64,000 nt of DNA from the human T2T-CHM13v2.0 reference genome, Homo sapiens, in assembly GCF_009914755.1 (NCBI RefSeq), contig NC_060948.1. One strand, given 5' to 3'. Each line of letters opens with the position of its first letter. Position 1 is the stretch's first letter. The notes under the pieces were generated by a model. That model saw only the letters and a program-made list of their open reading frames with translations. It ran no database searches and was not told the DNA's origin. This document shows positions 40,249 to 59,554 of this stretch, piece by piece. Made by a program: the position numbers and the translations under genes.

Positions 40249-41803
40249 GTATACATTATGTATATAATAATATACAGTATCATATATATAATATATATAA
40301 CCTATGTATAATATTGTTTTACATCCTGCATCTTATGTTATATATATTGTATAAAATATAATAATTGATAATATATAAGTTTTATATTTATACAATATGA
40401 CATATAGTATATATTATAATTTATGACATATATAATATATGTTATATATCATATATAGAATATATTATACGGTTAATATACGTATTAAATATAAATTATA
40501 CATTATATATATTATATATAATATATCTGTTATATATAATACCCATTATGCATAATATATATATTATGTCTATGTTATATATAGTATAAAACAACAGATA
40601 ATAATATATAATTGTATATATAAAATGCGACATATAATATATATTATATTTTATAACATATGTAATATATATTATATATTATATATAATACGTTGTATGT
40701 ATAATACCTATATTAAATATATATTATATGACTATGTTATTAATTACACGTCACATGTGTTATATATTATATATTTTACATAGAATATACCGGTTACATA
40801 CAATATATACTATGTTACCTATAATGTATAATTTATTACATGTAAAATAAAGAATGCAATATATTATGTATAATTTATAATATACAATATGTGGAATGTG
40901 ATATATATAACATATAATATATGATATATGATATACAGTATATGATATATAACATACAATATATGATTCCTAATATATATGGTATACAATATATATTTTA
41001 TGACATGTATTCTATATGTTTTATATTCTGTTATATATAACTATTTGAAATTATATATAACTGTATAATATTTTATGTAAATATGTAATATAATATATAT
41101 AACTATATAATATATTATAGATAACTACATATTATGTTATATATACTTTTATAACATAATTTACATAAAATATCATAATATAATATATATTATATTATTT
41201 CATATTACATAATATATATTACATATCACCCAATATAACTAACATACATAATATTATAATATAGATTATATTATGTTATATTAAATATCATATATATCAT
41301 GTATCATATATTCTATAGTATATATTACACATTATATAATATGTATGTTGTGTACTATGTGATATATATAACTCTATATATAATTATATTATTATACATA
41401 TAACTATATAAACATGTAATTCTACATATTTTCATTTATAATATGTAGAATTATATAATCATATATAATTATTTATATTCTATAAAAAATTTTATCATTC
41501 TATAAATTATAATATATAAAAATTATCATATGTACTACAAATATATATATTGTATATCATATATGATATAGTACCTTTGTTATATATCATAATACATATA
41601 AATGTGTATTATGTTATCTATAATTATATAATTTCATATATAAGATGTATAATATGTATCATATATTATATATGTTATGTAATATATATAGTATATATAA
41701 GATGACACAGGATAAATATTATATACTATGACATATAAAATATATGAGGTTATATGTTACATATAAGGCATAGCACATAACATGTAATATATATCATATA
41801 TAA

Positions 41804-42095
41804 TTTTTTTTTAGACAGAATCTTGTCCTGTTGCACAGGGTGGGGTACAATGGCGCCATCTTTGCTCACTGCAACTTCTGCCTCACGGGTCCAAGCGATT
41901 GCCCTCCCTCAGCCTCCCAGGTAGCTGGGACTACACCACACTGGGACTACACCAGCTGCCACCATGCCTAGCTAATTTTTTGGATTTTTAGTAGTGACAG
42001 CGTTTCACTGTATTGGCCAGGATGGTCTTGATCTCTTCACCTTGTGATCCCCTTGCCTTGGCCTCCAAATTTGCTGGGATTACAGGCCTGAGCCA
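41804..42095 (-). mobile_element. Diverged Alu, DYZ2 unit 18
   Basis: Copy of 686-977 (type B). Confidence 0.93.
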
Positions 42096-42668
42096 AGATC
42101 CATATTTTTTAAATGAAAAAAAATTTCAAAGGTACTCTGCTTGGTACAATAATCAAATGTATAAACTGAGGAATAAAACATAACCATGAAACCTACTTAT
42201 AACTGCATATGGAAAATACAGAGGATAATTTTTTAAATAACATATTTTGAAAGCCTTAACTAGTAATTTGAAGAGTTGGCATTTGAAAGGCCAGTATGAA
42301 TATACCTTCAAAGCAGCAACACAGGTTCCCCATGAGAAAAAGCAAACACAGGGAAAATAAAAACACAAAGGTTCAATCTCTTCTGACCTTTGAAAGACAC
42401 AGCACAGACAGTGGTCCTTAGGACGAAGAGCAGGAGACCCCTAATTCCGTCACCATGGCGATAGGGCATAAACATTGCTGGGTGAGGGCACAATCCACAT
42501 TGTGAGGTCCAACTGCTGCCAGGAAGACAGGAGTGCTTTTACATAGACCGAAAGGTCATTGAAGGCTCAGAGTTTTGTTTCAAGAACTGAATCCCAAGCC
42601 CACACGTTATTCGGCTGCGCTTCTTAAAACAAGTTATGAGATGGGAAAAAGGGCACCCACAAACATAC
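42096..42668. repeat. HSATI-like segment, unit 18
   Basis: Copy of 978-1550. Confidence 0.78.
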
Positions 42669-44198
42669 GTATACATTATGTATATAATAATATACAGTAT
42701 CATATATATAATATATATAACCTATGTATAATATTGTTTTACATCCTGCATCTTGTTATATATATTGTATAAAATATAATAATTGATAATATATAAGTTT
42801 TATATTTATACAATATGACATATAGTATATATTATAATTTATGACATATATAATATATGTTATATATCATATATAGAATATATTATACGGTTAATATACG
42901 TATTAAATATAAATTATACATTATATATATTATATATAATATATCTGTTATATATAATACCCATTATGCATAATATATATATTATGTCTATGTTATATAT
43001 AGTATAAAACAACAGATAATAATATATAATTGTATATATAAAATGCGACATATAATATATATTATATTTTATAACATATGTAATATATATTATATATTAT
43101 ATATAATACGTTGTATGTAGAATACCTATATTAAATATATATTATATGACAATGTTATTAATTACATGTCACATGTGTTATATATTATATATTTTACATA
43201 GAATATACCGGTTACATACAATATATACTATGTTACCTATAATGTATAATTTATTACATGTAAAATAAAGAATGCAATATATTATGTATAGTTTATAATA
43301 TACAATATGTGGAATGTGATATATATAACATATAATATATGATATATGATATACAGTATATCATATATAACATACAATATATGATTCCTAATATATATGG
43401 TATACAATATATATTTTATGACATGTATTCTATATGTTTTATATTCTGTTATATATAACTATTTGAAATTATATATAACTGTATAATATTTTATGTAAAT
43501 ATGTAATATAATATATATAACTATATAATATATTATAGATAACTATATATTATGTTATATATACTTTTATAACATAATTTACATAAAATATCATAATATA
43601 ATATATATTATATTATTTCATATTACATAATATATATTACATATCACCCAATATAACTAACATACATAATATTATAATATAGATTATATTATGTTATATT
43701 AAATATCATATATATCATGTATCATATATTCTATAATATATATTACACATTATATAATATGTATGTTGTCTACTATGTGATATATATAACTCTATATATA
43801 ATTATATTATTATACATATAACTAGATAAACATGTAATTCTACATATTTTCATTTATAATATGTAGAATTATATAATCATATATAATTATTTATATTCTA
43901 TAAAAAATTTTATCATTCTATAAATTATAATATATAAAAATTATCATATGTACTACAAATATATATATTGTATATCATATATGATATAGTATCTTTGTTA
44001 TATATCATAATACATATAAATGTGTATTATGTTATCTATAATTATATAATTTCATATATAAGATGTATAATATGTATCATATATTATATATGTTATGTAA
44101 TATATATAGTATATATAAGATGACACAGGATAAATATTATATACTATGACATATAAAATATATGAGGTTATATGTTACATATAAGGCATAGCACATAA

Positions 44199-44497
<299 letters not shown>

Positions 44498-45070
44498 AGA
44501 TCCATATTTTTTAAATGAAAAAAAATTTCAAAGGTACTCTGCTTGGTACAATAATCTAATGTATAAACTGAGGAATAAAACATAACCATGAAACCTACTT
44601 ATAACTGCATATGGAAAATACAGAGGATAATTTTTTAAATAACATATTTTGAAAGCTTTAACTAGTAATTTGAAGAGTTGGCATTTGAAAGGCCAGTATG
44701 AACATACCTTCAAAGCAGCAACACAGGTTCCCCATGAGAAAAAGCAAACACAGGGAAAATAAAAACACAAAGGTTCAATCTCTTCTGACCTTTGAAAGAC
44801 ACAGCACAGACAGTGGTCCTTAGGACGAAGAGCAGGAGACCCTTAATTCCGTCACCATGGCGATAGGGCATAAACATTGCTGGGTGAGGGCACAATCCAC
44901 ATTGTGAGGTCCAACTGCTGCCAGGAAGACAGGAGTGCTTTTACATAGACCGAAAGGTCATTGAAGGCTCAGAGTTTTGTTTCAAGAACTGAATCCCAAG
45001 CCCACACGTTATTAGGCTGCGCTTCTTAAAACAAGTTATGAGATGGGAAAAAGGGCACCCACAAACATAC
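44498..45070. repeat. HSATI-like segment, unit 19
   Basis: Copy of 978-1550. Confidence 0.78.
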
Positions 45071-46602
45071 GTATACATTATGTATATAATAATATACAGT
45101 ATCATATATATAATATATATAACCGATGTATAATATTGTTTTACATCCTGCATCTTATGTTATATATATTGTATAAAATATAATAATTGATAATATATAA
45201 GTTTTATATTTATACAATATGACATATAGTATATATTATAATTTATGACATATATAATATATGTTATATATCATATATAGAATATATTATACGGTTAATA
45301 TACGTATTAAATATAAATTATACATTATATATATTATATATAATATATCTGTTATATATAATACCCATTATGCATAATATATATATTATGTCTATGTTAT
45401 ATATAGTATAAAACAACAGATAATAATATATAATTGTATATATAAAATGCGACATATAATATATATTATATTTTATAACAAATGTAATATATATTATATA
45501 TTATATATAATACGTTGTATGTATAATACCTATATTAAATATATATTATATGACTATGTTATTAATTACATGTCACATGTGTTATATATTATATATTTTA
45601 CATAGAATATACCGGTTACATACAATATATACTATGTTACCTATAATGTATAATTTATTACATGTAAAATAAACAATGCAATATATTATGTATAATTTAT
45701 AATATACAATATGTGGAATGTGATATATATAACATATAATATATGATATATGATATACAGTATATGATATATAACATACAATATATGATTCCTAATATAT
45801 ATGGTATACAATATATATTTTATGACATGTATTCTATATGTTTTATATTCTGTTATATATAACTATTTGAAATTATATATAACTGTATAATATTTTATGT
45901 AAATATGTAATATAATATATATAACTATATAATATATTATATATAACTATATATTATGTTATATATACTTTTATAACATAATTTACATAAAATATCATAA
46001 TATAATATATATTATATTATTTCATATTACATAATATATATTACATATCACCCAATATAAGTAACATACATAATATTATAATATAGATTATATTATGTTA
46101 TATTAAATATCATATATGTCATGTATCATATATTCTATAATATATATTACACATTATATAATATGTATGTTGTCTATTATGTGATATATATAACTATATA
46201 TATAATTATATTATTATACATATAACTAGATAAACATGTAATTCTACATATTTTCATTTATAATATGTAGAATTATATAATCATATATAATTATTTATAT
46301 TCTATAAAAAATTTTATCATTATATAAATTATAATATATAAAAATTATAATATGTACTACAAATATATATATTATATATCATATATGATATAGTACCTTT
46401 GTTATATATCATAATACATATAAATGTGTATTAAGTTATCTATAATTATATAATTTCATATATAAGATGTATAATATGTATCATATATTATATATGTTAT
46501 GTAATATATATAGTATATATAAGATGACACAGGATAAATATTATATACTATGACATATAAAATATATGAGGTTATATGTTACATATAAGGCATAGCACAT
46601 AA

Positions 46603-46917
<315 letters not shown>

Positions 46918-47490
46918 AGATCCATATTTTTTAAATGAAAAAAAATTTCAAAGGTACTCTGCTTGGTACAATAATCAAATGTATAAACTGAGGAATGAAA
47001 CATAACCATGAAACCTACTTATAACTGCATATGGAAAATACAGAGGATAATTTTTTAAATAACATATTTTGAAAGCCTTAACTAGTAATTTGAAGAGTTG
47101 GCATTTGAAAGGCCAGTATGAATATACCTTCAAAGCAGCAACACAGGTTCCCCATGAGAAAAAGCAAACACAGGGAAAATAAAAACACAAAGGTTCAATC
47201 TCTTCTGACCTTTGAAAGACACAGCACAGACAGTGGTCCTTAGGACGAAGAGCAGGAGACCCCTAATTCCGTCACCATGGCGATAGGGCATAAACATTGC
47301 TGGGTGAGGGCACAATCCACATTGTGAGGTCCAACTGCTGCCAGGAAGACAGGAGTGCTTTTACATAGACCGAAAGGTCATTGAAGGCTCAGAGTTTTGT
47401 TTCAAGAACTGAATCCCAAGCCCACACGTTATTAGGCTGCGCTTCTTAAAACAAGTTATGAGATGGGAAAAAGGGCACCCACAAACATAC
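46918..47490. repeat. HSATI-like segment, unit 20
   Basis: Copy of 978-1550. Confidence 0.78.
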
Positions 47491-49020
47491 GTATACATTA
47501 TGTATATAATAATATACAGTATCATATATATAATATATATAACCTATGTATAATATTGTTTTACATCCTGCATCTTATGTTATATATATTGTATAAAATA
47601 TAATAATTGATAATATATAAGTTTTATATTTATACAATATGACATATAGTATATATTATAATTTATGACATATATAATATATGTTATATGTCATATATAG
47701 AATATATTATACGGTTAATATGCGTATTAAATATAAATTATACATTATATATATTATATATAATATATCTGTTATATATAATACCCATTATGCATAATAT
47801 ATATATTATGTCTATGTTATATATAGTATAAAACAACATATAATAATATATAATTGTATATATAAAATGCGACATATAATATATATTATATTTTATAACA
47901 TATGTAATATATATTATATATTATATATAATACGTTGCATGTATAATACCTATATTAAATATATATTATATGACTATGTTATTAATTACATGTCACATGT
48001 CTTATATATTATATATTTTACATAGAATATACCGCTTACATACAATATATACTGTTACCTATAATGTATAATTTATTACATGTAAAATAAAGAATGCAAT
48101 ATATTATGTATAATTTATAATATACAATATGTGGAATGTGATATATATAACATATAATATATGATATATGATATACAGTATATGATATATAACATACAAT
48201 ATATGATTCCTAATATATATGGTATACAATATATATTTTATGACATGTATTCTATATGTTTTATATTCTGTTATATATAACTATTTGAAATTATATAGAA
48301 CTGTATAATATTTTATGTAAATATGTAATATAATATATATAACTATATAATATATTATAGATAACTATATATTATGTTATATATACTTTTATAACATAAT
48401 TTACATAAAATATCATAATATAATATATATTATATTATTTCATATTACATAATATATATTACATATAACCCAATATAACTAACATACATAATATTATAAT
48501 ATAGATTATATTATGTTATATTAAATATCATATATATCATGTATCATATATTCTATAATATATATTACACATTATATAATATGTATGTTGTCTACTATGT
48601 GATATATATAACTCTATATATAATTATATTATTATACATATAACTAGATAAACATGTAATTCTACATATTTTCATTTATAATATGTAGAATTATATAATC
48701 ATATATAATTATTTATATTCTATAAAAAATTTTATCATTCTATAAATTATAATATATAAAAATTATCATATGTACTACAAATATATATATTGTATATCAT
48801 ATATGATATAGTACCTGTGTTATATATCATAATACATATAAATGTGTATTATGTTATCTATAATTATATAATTTCATATATAAGATGTATAATATGTATC
48901 ATATATTATATATGTTATGTAATATATATAGTATATATAAGATGACACAGGATAAATATTATATACTATGACATATAAAATATATGAGGTTATATGTTAC
49001 ATATAAGGCATAGCACATAA

Positions 49021-49319
<299 letters not shown>

Positions 49320-49892
49320 AGATCCATATTTTTTAAATGAAAAAAAATTTCAAAGGTACTCTGCTTGGTACAATAATCTAATGTATAAACTGAGGAATAA
49401 AACATAACCATGAAACCTACTTATAACTGCATATGGAAAATACGGAGGATAATTTTTTAAATAACATATTTTGAAAGCCTTAACTAGTAATTTGAAGAGT
49501 TGGCATTTGAAAGGCCAGTATGAATATACCTTCAAAGCAGCAACACAGGTTCCCCATGAGAAAAAGCAAACACAGGGAAAATAAAAACACAAAGGTTCAA
49601 TCTCTTCTGACCTTTGAAAGACACAGCACAGACAGTGGTCCTTAGGACGAAGAGCAGGAGACCCTTAATTCCGTCACCATGGCGATAGGGCATAAACATT
49701 GCTGGGTGAGGGCACAATCCACATTGTGAGGTCCAACTGCTGCCAGGAAGACAGGAGTGCTTTTACATAGACCGAAAGGTCATTGAAGGCTCAGAGTTTT
49801 GTTTCAAGAACTGAATCCCAAGCCCACACGTTATTAGGCTGCGCTTCTTAAAACAAGTTATGAGATGGGAAAAAGGGCACCCACAAACATAC
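49320..49892. repeat. HSATI-like segment, unit 21
   Basis: Copy of 978-1550. Confidence 0.78.
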
Positions 49893-51424
49893 GTATACAT
49901 TATGTATATAATAATATACAGTATCATATATATAATATATATAACCGATGTATAATATTGTTTTACATCCTGCATCTTATGTTATATATATTGTATAAAA
50001 TATAATAATTGATAATATATAATTTTTATATTTATACAATATGACATATAGTATATATTATAATTTATGACATATATAATATATGTTATATATCATATAT
50101 AGAATATATTATACGGTTAATATACGTATTAAATATAAATTATACATTATATATATTATATATAATATATCTGTTATATATAATACCCATTATGCATAAT
50201 ATATATATTATGTCTATGTTATATATAGTATAAAACAACAGATAATAATATATAATTGTATATATAAAATGCGACATATAATATATATTATATTTTATAA
50301 CAAATGTAATATATATTATATATTATATATAATACGTTGTATGTATAATACCTATATTAAATATATATTATATGACTATGTTATTAATTACATGTCACAT
50401 GTGTTATATATTATATATTTTACATAGAATATACCGGTTACATACAATATATACTATGTTACCTATAATGTATAATTTATTACATGTAAAATAAAGAATG
50501 CAATATATTATGTATAATTTATAATATACAATATGTGGAATGTGATATATATAACATATAATATATGATATATGATATACAGTATATGATATATAACATA
50601 CAATATATGATTCCTAATATATATGGTATACAATATATATTTTATGACATGTATTCTATATGTTTTATATTCTGTTATATATAACTATTTGAAATTATAT
50701 ATAACTGTATAATATTTTATGTAAATATGTAATATAATATATATAACTATATAATATATTATAGATAACTATATATTATGTTATATATACTTTTATAACA
50801 TAATTTACATAAAATATCATAATATAATATATATTATATTATTTCATATTACATAATATATATTACATATCACCCAATATAAGTAACATACATAATATTA
50901 TAATATAGATTATATTATGTTATATTAAATATCATATATGTCATGTATCATATATTCTATAATATATATTACACATTATATAATATGTATGTTGTCTATT
51001 ATGTGATATATATAACTATATATATAATTATATTATTATACATATAACTAGATAAACATGTAATTCTACATATTTTCATTTATAATATGTAGAATTATAT
51101 AATCATATATAATTATTTATATTCTATAAAAAATTTTATCATTATATAAATTATAATATATAAAAATTATAATATGTACTACAAATATATATATTATATA
51201 TCATATATGATATAGTACCTTTGTTATATATCATAATACATATAAATGTGTATTAAGTTATCTATAATTATATAATTTCATATATAAGATGTATAATATG
51301 TATCATATATTATATATGTTATGTAATATATATAGTATATATAAGATGACACAGGATAAATATTATATACTATGACATATAAAATAAATGAGGTTATATG
51401 TTACATATAAGGCATAGCACATAA

Positions 51425-51739
<315 letters not shown>

Positions 51740-52312
51740 AGATCCATATTTTTTAAATGAAAAAAAATTTCAAAGGTACTCTGCTTGGTACAATAATCAA
51801 ATGTATAAACTGAGGAATGAAACATAACCATTAAACCTACTTATAACTGCATATGGAAAATACAGAGGATAATTTTTTAAATAACATATTTTGAAAGCCT
51901 TAACTAGTAATTTGAAGAGTTGGCATTTGAAAGGCCAGTATGAATATACCTTCAAAGCAGCAACACAGGTTCCCCATGAGAAAAAGCAAACACAGGGAAA
52001 ATAAAAACACAAAGGTTCAATCTCTTCTGACCTTTGAAAGACACAGCACAGACAGTGGTCCTTAGGACGAAGAGCAGGAGACCCCTAATTCCGTCACCAT
52101 GGCGATAGGGCATAAACATTGCTGGGTGAGGGCACAATCCACATTGTGAGGTCCAACTGCTGCCAGGAAGACAGGAGTGCTTTTACATAGACCGAAAGGT
52201 CATTGAAGGCTCAGAGTTTTGTTTCAAGAACTGAATCCCAAGCCCACACGTTATTAGGCTGTGCTTCTTAAAACAAGTTATGAGATGGGAAAAAGGGCAC
52301 CCACAAACATAC
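51740..52312. repeat. HSATI-like segment, unit 22
   Basis: Copy of 978-1550. Confidence 0.78.
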
Positions 52313-53844
52313 GTATACATTATGTATATAATAATATACAGTATCATATATATAATATATATAACCTATGTATAATATTGTTTTACATCCTGCATCTTAT
52401 GTTATATATATTGTATAAAATATAATAATTGATAATATATAAGTTTTATATTTATACAATATGACATATAGTATATATTATAATTTATGACATATATAAT
52501 ATATGTTATATGTCATATATAGAATATATTATACGGTTAATATGCGTATTAAATATAAATTATACATTATATATATTATATATAATATATCTGTTATATA
52601 TAATACCCATTATGCATAATATATATATTATGTCTATGTTATATATAGTATAAAACAACATATAATAATATATAATTGTATATATAAAATGCGACATATA
52701 ATATATATTATATTTTATAACATATGTAATATATATTATATATTATATATAATACGTTGCATGTATAATACCTATATTAAATATATATTATATGACTATG
52801 TTATTAATTACATGTCACATGTCTTATATATTATATATTTTACATAGAATATACCGCTTACATACAATATATACTATGTTACCTATAATGTATAATTTAT
52901 TACATGTAAAATAAAGAATGCAATATATTATGTATAATTTATAATATACAATATGTGGAATGTGATATATATAACATATAATATATGATATATGATATAC
53001 AGTATATGATATATAACATACAATATATGATTCCTAATATATATGGTATACAATATATATTTTATGACATGTATTCTATATGTTTTATATTCTGTTATAT
53101 ATAACTATTTGAAATTATATAGAACTGTATAATATTTTATGTAAATATGTAATATAATATATATAACTATATAATATATTATAGATAACTATATATTATG
53201 TTATATATACTTTTATAACATAATTTACATAAAATATCATAATATAATATATATTATATTATTTCATATTACATAATATATATTACATATCACCCAATAT
53301 AACTAACATACATAATATTATAATATAGATTATATTATGTTATATTAAATATCATATATATCATGTATCATATATTCTATAATATATATTACACATTATA
53401 TAATATGTATGTTGTCTACTATGTGATATATATAACTCTATATATAATTATATTATTATACATATAACTAGATAAACATGTAATTCTACATATTTTCATT
53501 TATAATATGTAGAATTATATAATCATATATAATTATTTATATTCTATAAAAAATTTTATCATTCTATAAATTATAATATATAAAAATTATCATATGTACT
53601 ACAAATATATATATTGTATATCATATATGATATAGTACCTGTGTTATATATCATAATACATATAAATGTGTATTATGTTATCTATAATTATATAATTTCA
53701 TATATAAGATGTATAATATGTATCATATATTATATATGTTATGTAATATATATAGTATATATAAGATGACACAGGATAAATATTATATACTATGACATAT
53801 AAAATATATGAGGTTATATGTTACATATAAGGCATAGCACATAA

Positions 53845-54159
<315 letters not shown>

Positions 54160-54732
54160 AGATCCATATTTTTTAAATGAAAAAAAATTTCAAAGGTACT
54201 CTGCTTGGTACAATAATCAAATGTATAAACTGAGGAATAAAACATAACCATGAAACCTACTTATAACGGCATATGGAAAATACAGAGGATAATTTTTTAA
54301 ATAACATATTTTGAAAGCCTTAACTAGTAATTTGAAGAGCTGGCATTTGAAAGGCCAGTATGAATATACCTTCAAAGCAGCAACACAGGTTCCCCATGAG
54401 AAAAAGCAAACACAGGGAAAATAAAAACACAAAGGTTCAATCTCTTCTGACCTTTGAAAGACACAGCACAGACAGTGGTCCTTAGGACGAAGAGCAGGAG
54501 ACCCCTAATTCCGTCACCATGGCGATAGGGCATAAACATTGCTGGGTGAGGGCACAATCCACATTGTGAGGTCCAACTGCTGCCAGGAAGACAGGAGTGC
54601 TTTTACATAGACCGAAAGGTCATTGAAGGCTCAGAGTTTTGTTTCAAGAACTGAATCCCAAGCCCACACGTTATTAGGCTGCGCTTCTTAAAACAAGTTA
54701 TGAGATGGGAAAAAGGGCACCCACAAACATAC
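54160..54732. repeat. HSATI-like segment, unit 23
   Basis: Copy of 978-1550. Confidence 0.78.
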
Positions 54733-56287
54733 GTATACATTATGTATATAATAATATACAGTATCATATATATAATATATATAACCTATGTATAATATTG
54801 TTTTACATCCTGCATCTTATGTTATATATATTGTATAAAATATAATAATTGATAATATATAAGTTTTATATTTATACAATATGACATATAGTATATATTA
54901 TAATTTATGACATATATAATATATGTTATATATCATATATAGAATATATTATACGGTTAATATACGTATTAAATATAAATTATACATTATATATATTATA
55001 TATAATATATCTGTTATATATAATACCCATTATGCATAATATATATATTATGTCTATGTTATATATAGTATAAAACAACAGATAATAATATATAATTGTA
55101 TATATAAAATGCGACATATAATATATATTATATTTTATAACATATGTAAGATATATTATATATTATATATAATACGTTGTATGTATAATACCTATATTAA
55201 ATATATATTATATGACTATGTTATTAATTACATGTCACATGTGTTATATATTATATATTTTACATAGAATATACCGGTTACATACAATATATACTATGTT
55301 ACCTATAATGTATAATTTATTACATGTAAAATAAAGAATGCAATATATTATGTATAATTTATAATATACAATATGTGGAATGTGATATATATAACATATA
55401 ATATATGATATATGATATACAGTATATGATATATAACATACAATATATGATTCCTAATATATATGGTATACAATATATATTTTATGACATGTATTCTATA
55501 TGTTTTATATTCTGTTATATATAACTATTTGAAATTATATATAACTGTATAATATTTTATGTAAATATGTAATATAATATATATAACTATATAATATATT
55601 ATAGATAACTATATATTATGTTATATATACTTTTATAACATAATTTACATAAAATATCATAATATAATATATATTATATTATTTCATATTACATAATATA
55701 TATTACATATCACCCAATATAACTAACATACATAATATTATAATATAGATTATATTATGTTATATTAAATATCATATATATCATGTATCATATATTCTAT
55801 AATATATATTACACATTATATAATATGTATGTTGTGTACTATGTGATATATATAACTCTATATATAATTATATTATTATACATATAACTAGATAAACATG
55901 TAATTCTACATATTTTCATTTATAATATGTAGAATTATATAATCATATATAATTATTTATATTCTATAAAAAATTTTATCATTCTATAAATTATAATATA
56001 TAAAAATTATCATATGTACTACAAATATATATATTGTATATCATATATGATATAGTACCTTTGTTATATATCATAATACATATAAATGTGTATTATGTTA
56101 TCTATAATTATATAATTTCATATATAAGGTGTATAATATGTATCATATATTATATATGTTATGTAATATATATAGTATATATAAGATGACACAGGATAAA
56201 TATTATATACTATGACATATAAAATATATGAGGTTATATGTTACATATAAGGCATAGCACATAACATGTAATATATATCATATATAA

Positions 56288-56579
56288 TTTTTTTTTAGAC
56301 AGAATCTTGTCCTGTTGCACAGGGTGGGGTACAATGGCGCCATCTTTGCTCACTGCAACTTCTGCCTCACGGGTCCAAGCGATTGCCCTCCCTCAGCCTC
56401 CCAGGTAGCTGGGACTACACCACACTGGGACTACACCAGCTGCCACCATGCCTAGCTAATTTTTTGGATTTTTAGTAGTGACAGCGTTTCACTGTATTGG
56501 CCAGGATGGTCTTGATCTCTTCACCTTGTGATCCCCTTGCCTTGGCCTCCAAATTTGCTGGGATTACAGGCCTGAGCCA
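56288..56579 (-). mobile_element. Diverged Alu, DYZ2 unit 24
   Basis: Copy of 686-977 (type B). Confidence 0.93.
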
Positions 56580-57152
56580 AGATCCATATTTTTTAAATGA
56601 AAAAAAATTTCAAAGGTACTCTGCTTGGTACAATAATCAAATGTATAAACTGAGGAATAAAACATAACCATGAAACCTACTTATAACTGCATATGGAAAA
56701 TACAGAGGATAATTTTTTAAATAACATATTTTGAAAGCCTTAACTAGTAATTTGAAGAGTTGGCATTTGAAAGGCCAGTATGAATATACCTTCAAAGCAG
56801 CAACACAGGTTCCCCATGAGAAAAAGCAAACACAGGGAAAATAAAAACACAAAGGTTCAATCTCTTCTGACCTTTGAAAGACACAGCACAGACAGTGGTC
56901 CTTAGGACGAAGAGCAGGAGACCCCTAATTCCGTCACCATGGCGATAGGGCATAAACATTGCTGGGTGAGGGCACAATCCACATTGTGAGGTCCAACTGC
57001 TGCCAGGAAGACAGGAGTGCTTTTACATAGACCGAAAGGTCATTGAAGGCTCAGAGTTTTGTTTCAAGAACTGAATCCCAAGCCCACACGTTATTCGGCT
57101 GCGCTTCTCAAAACAAGTTATGAGATGGGAAAAAGGGCACCCACAAACATAC
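56580..57152. repeat. HSATI-like segment, unit 24
   Basis: Copy of 978-1550. Confidence 0.78.
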
Positions 57153-58682
57153 GTATACATTATGTATATAATAATATACAGTATCATATATATAATATAT
57201 ATAACCTATGTATAATATTGTTTTACATCCTGCATCTTGTTATATATATTGTATAAAATATAATAATTGATAATATATAAGTTTTATATTTATACAATAT
57301 GACATATAGTATATATTATAATTTATGACATATATAATATATGTTATATATCATATATAGAATATATTATACGGTTAATATACGTATTAAATATAAATTA
57401 TACATTATATATATTATATATAATATATCTGTTATATATAATACCCATTATGCATAATATATATATTATGTCTATGTTATATATAGTATAAAACAACAGA
57501 TAATAATATATAATTGTATATATAAAATGCGACATATAATATATATTATATTTTATAACATATGTAATATATATTATATATTATATATAATACGTTGTAT
57601 GTATAATACCTATATTAAATATATATTATATGACAATGTTATTAATTACATGTCACATGTGTTATATATTATATATTTTACATAGAATATACCGGTTACA
57701 TACAATATATACTATGTTACCTATAATGTATAATTTATTACATGTAAAATAAAGAATGCAATATATTATGTATAATTTATAATATACAATATGTGGAATG
57801 TGATATATATAACATATAATATATGATATATGATATACAGTATATCATATATAACATACAATATATGATTCCTAATATATATGGTATACAATATATATTT
57901 TATGACATGTATTCTATATGTTTTATATTCTGTTATATATAACTATTTGAAATTATATATAACTGTATAATATTTTATGTAAATATGTAATATAATATAT
58001 ATAACTATATAATATATTATAGATAACTATATATTATGTTATATATACTTTTATAACATAATTTACATAAAATATCATAATATAATATATATTATATTAT
58101 TTCATATTACATAATATATATTACATATCACCCAATATAACTAACATACATAATATTATAATATAGATTATATTATGTTATATTAAATATCATATATATC
58201 ATGTATCATATATTCTATAATATATATTACACATTATATAATATGTATGTTGTCTACTATGTGATATATATAACTCTATATATAATTATATTATTATACA
58301 TATAACTAGATAAACATGTAATTCTACATATTTTCATTTATAATATGTAGAATTATATAATCATATATAATTATTTATATTCTATAAAAAATTTTATCAT
58401 TCTATAAATTATAATATATAAAAATTATCATATGTACTACAAATATATATATTGTATATCATATATGATATAGTATCTTTGTTATATATCATAATACATA
58501 TAAATGTGTATTATGTTATCTATAATTATATAATTTCATATATAAGATGTATAATATGTATCATATATTATATATGTTATGTAATATATATAGTATATAT
58601 AAGATGACACAGGATAAATATTATATACTATGACATATAAAATATATGAGGTTATATGTTACATATAAGGCATAGCACATAA

Positions 58683-58981
<299 letters not shown>

Positions 58982-59554
58982 AGATCCATATTTTTTAAAT
59001 GAAAAAAAATTTCAAAGGTACTCTGCTTGGTACAATAATCTAATGTATAAACTGAGGAATAAAACATAACCATGAAACCTACTTATAACTGCATATGGAA
59101 AATACAGAGGATAATTTTTTAAATAACATATTTTGAAAGCCTTAACTAGTAATTTGAAGAGTTGGCATTTGAAAGGCCAGTATGAATATACCTTCAAAGC
59201 AGCAACACAGGTTCCCCATGAGAAAAAGCAAACACAGGGAAAATAAAAACACAAAGGTTCAATCTCTTCTGACCTTTGAAAGACACAGCACAGACAGTGG
59301 TCCTTAGGACGAAGAGCAGGAGACCCTTAATTCCGTCACCATGGCGATAGGGCATAAACATTGCTGGGTGAGGGCACAATCCACATTGTGAGGTCCAACT
59401 GCTGCCAGGAAGACAGGAGTGCTTTTACATAGACCGAAAGGTCATTGAAGGCTCAGAGTTTTGTTTCAAGAACTGAATCCCAAGCCCACACGTTATTAGG
59501 CTGCGCTTCTTAAAACAAGTTATGAGATGGGAAAAAGGGCACCCACAAACATAC
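58982..59554. repeat. HSATI-like segment, unit 25
   Basis: Copy of 978-1550. Confidence 0.78.
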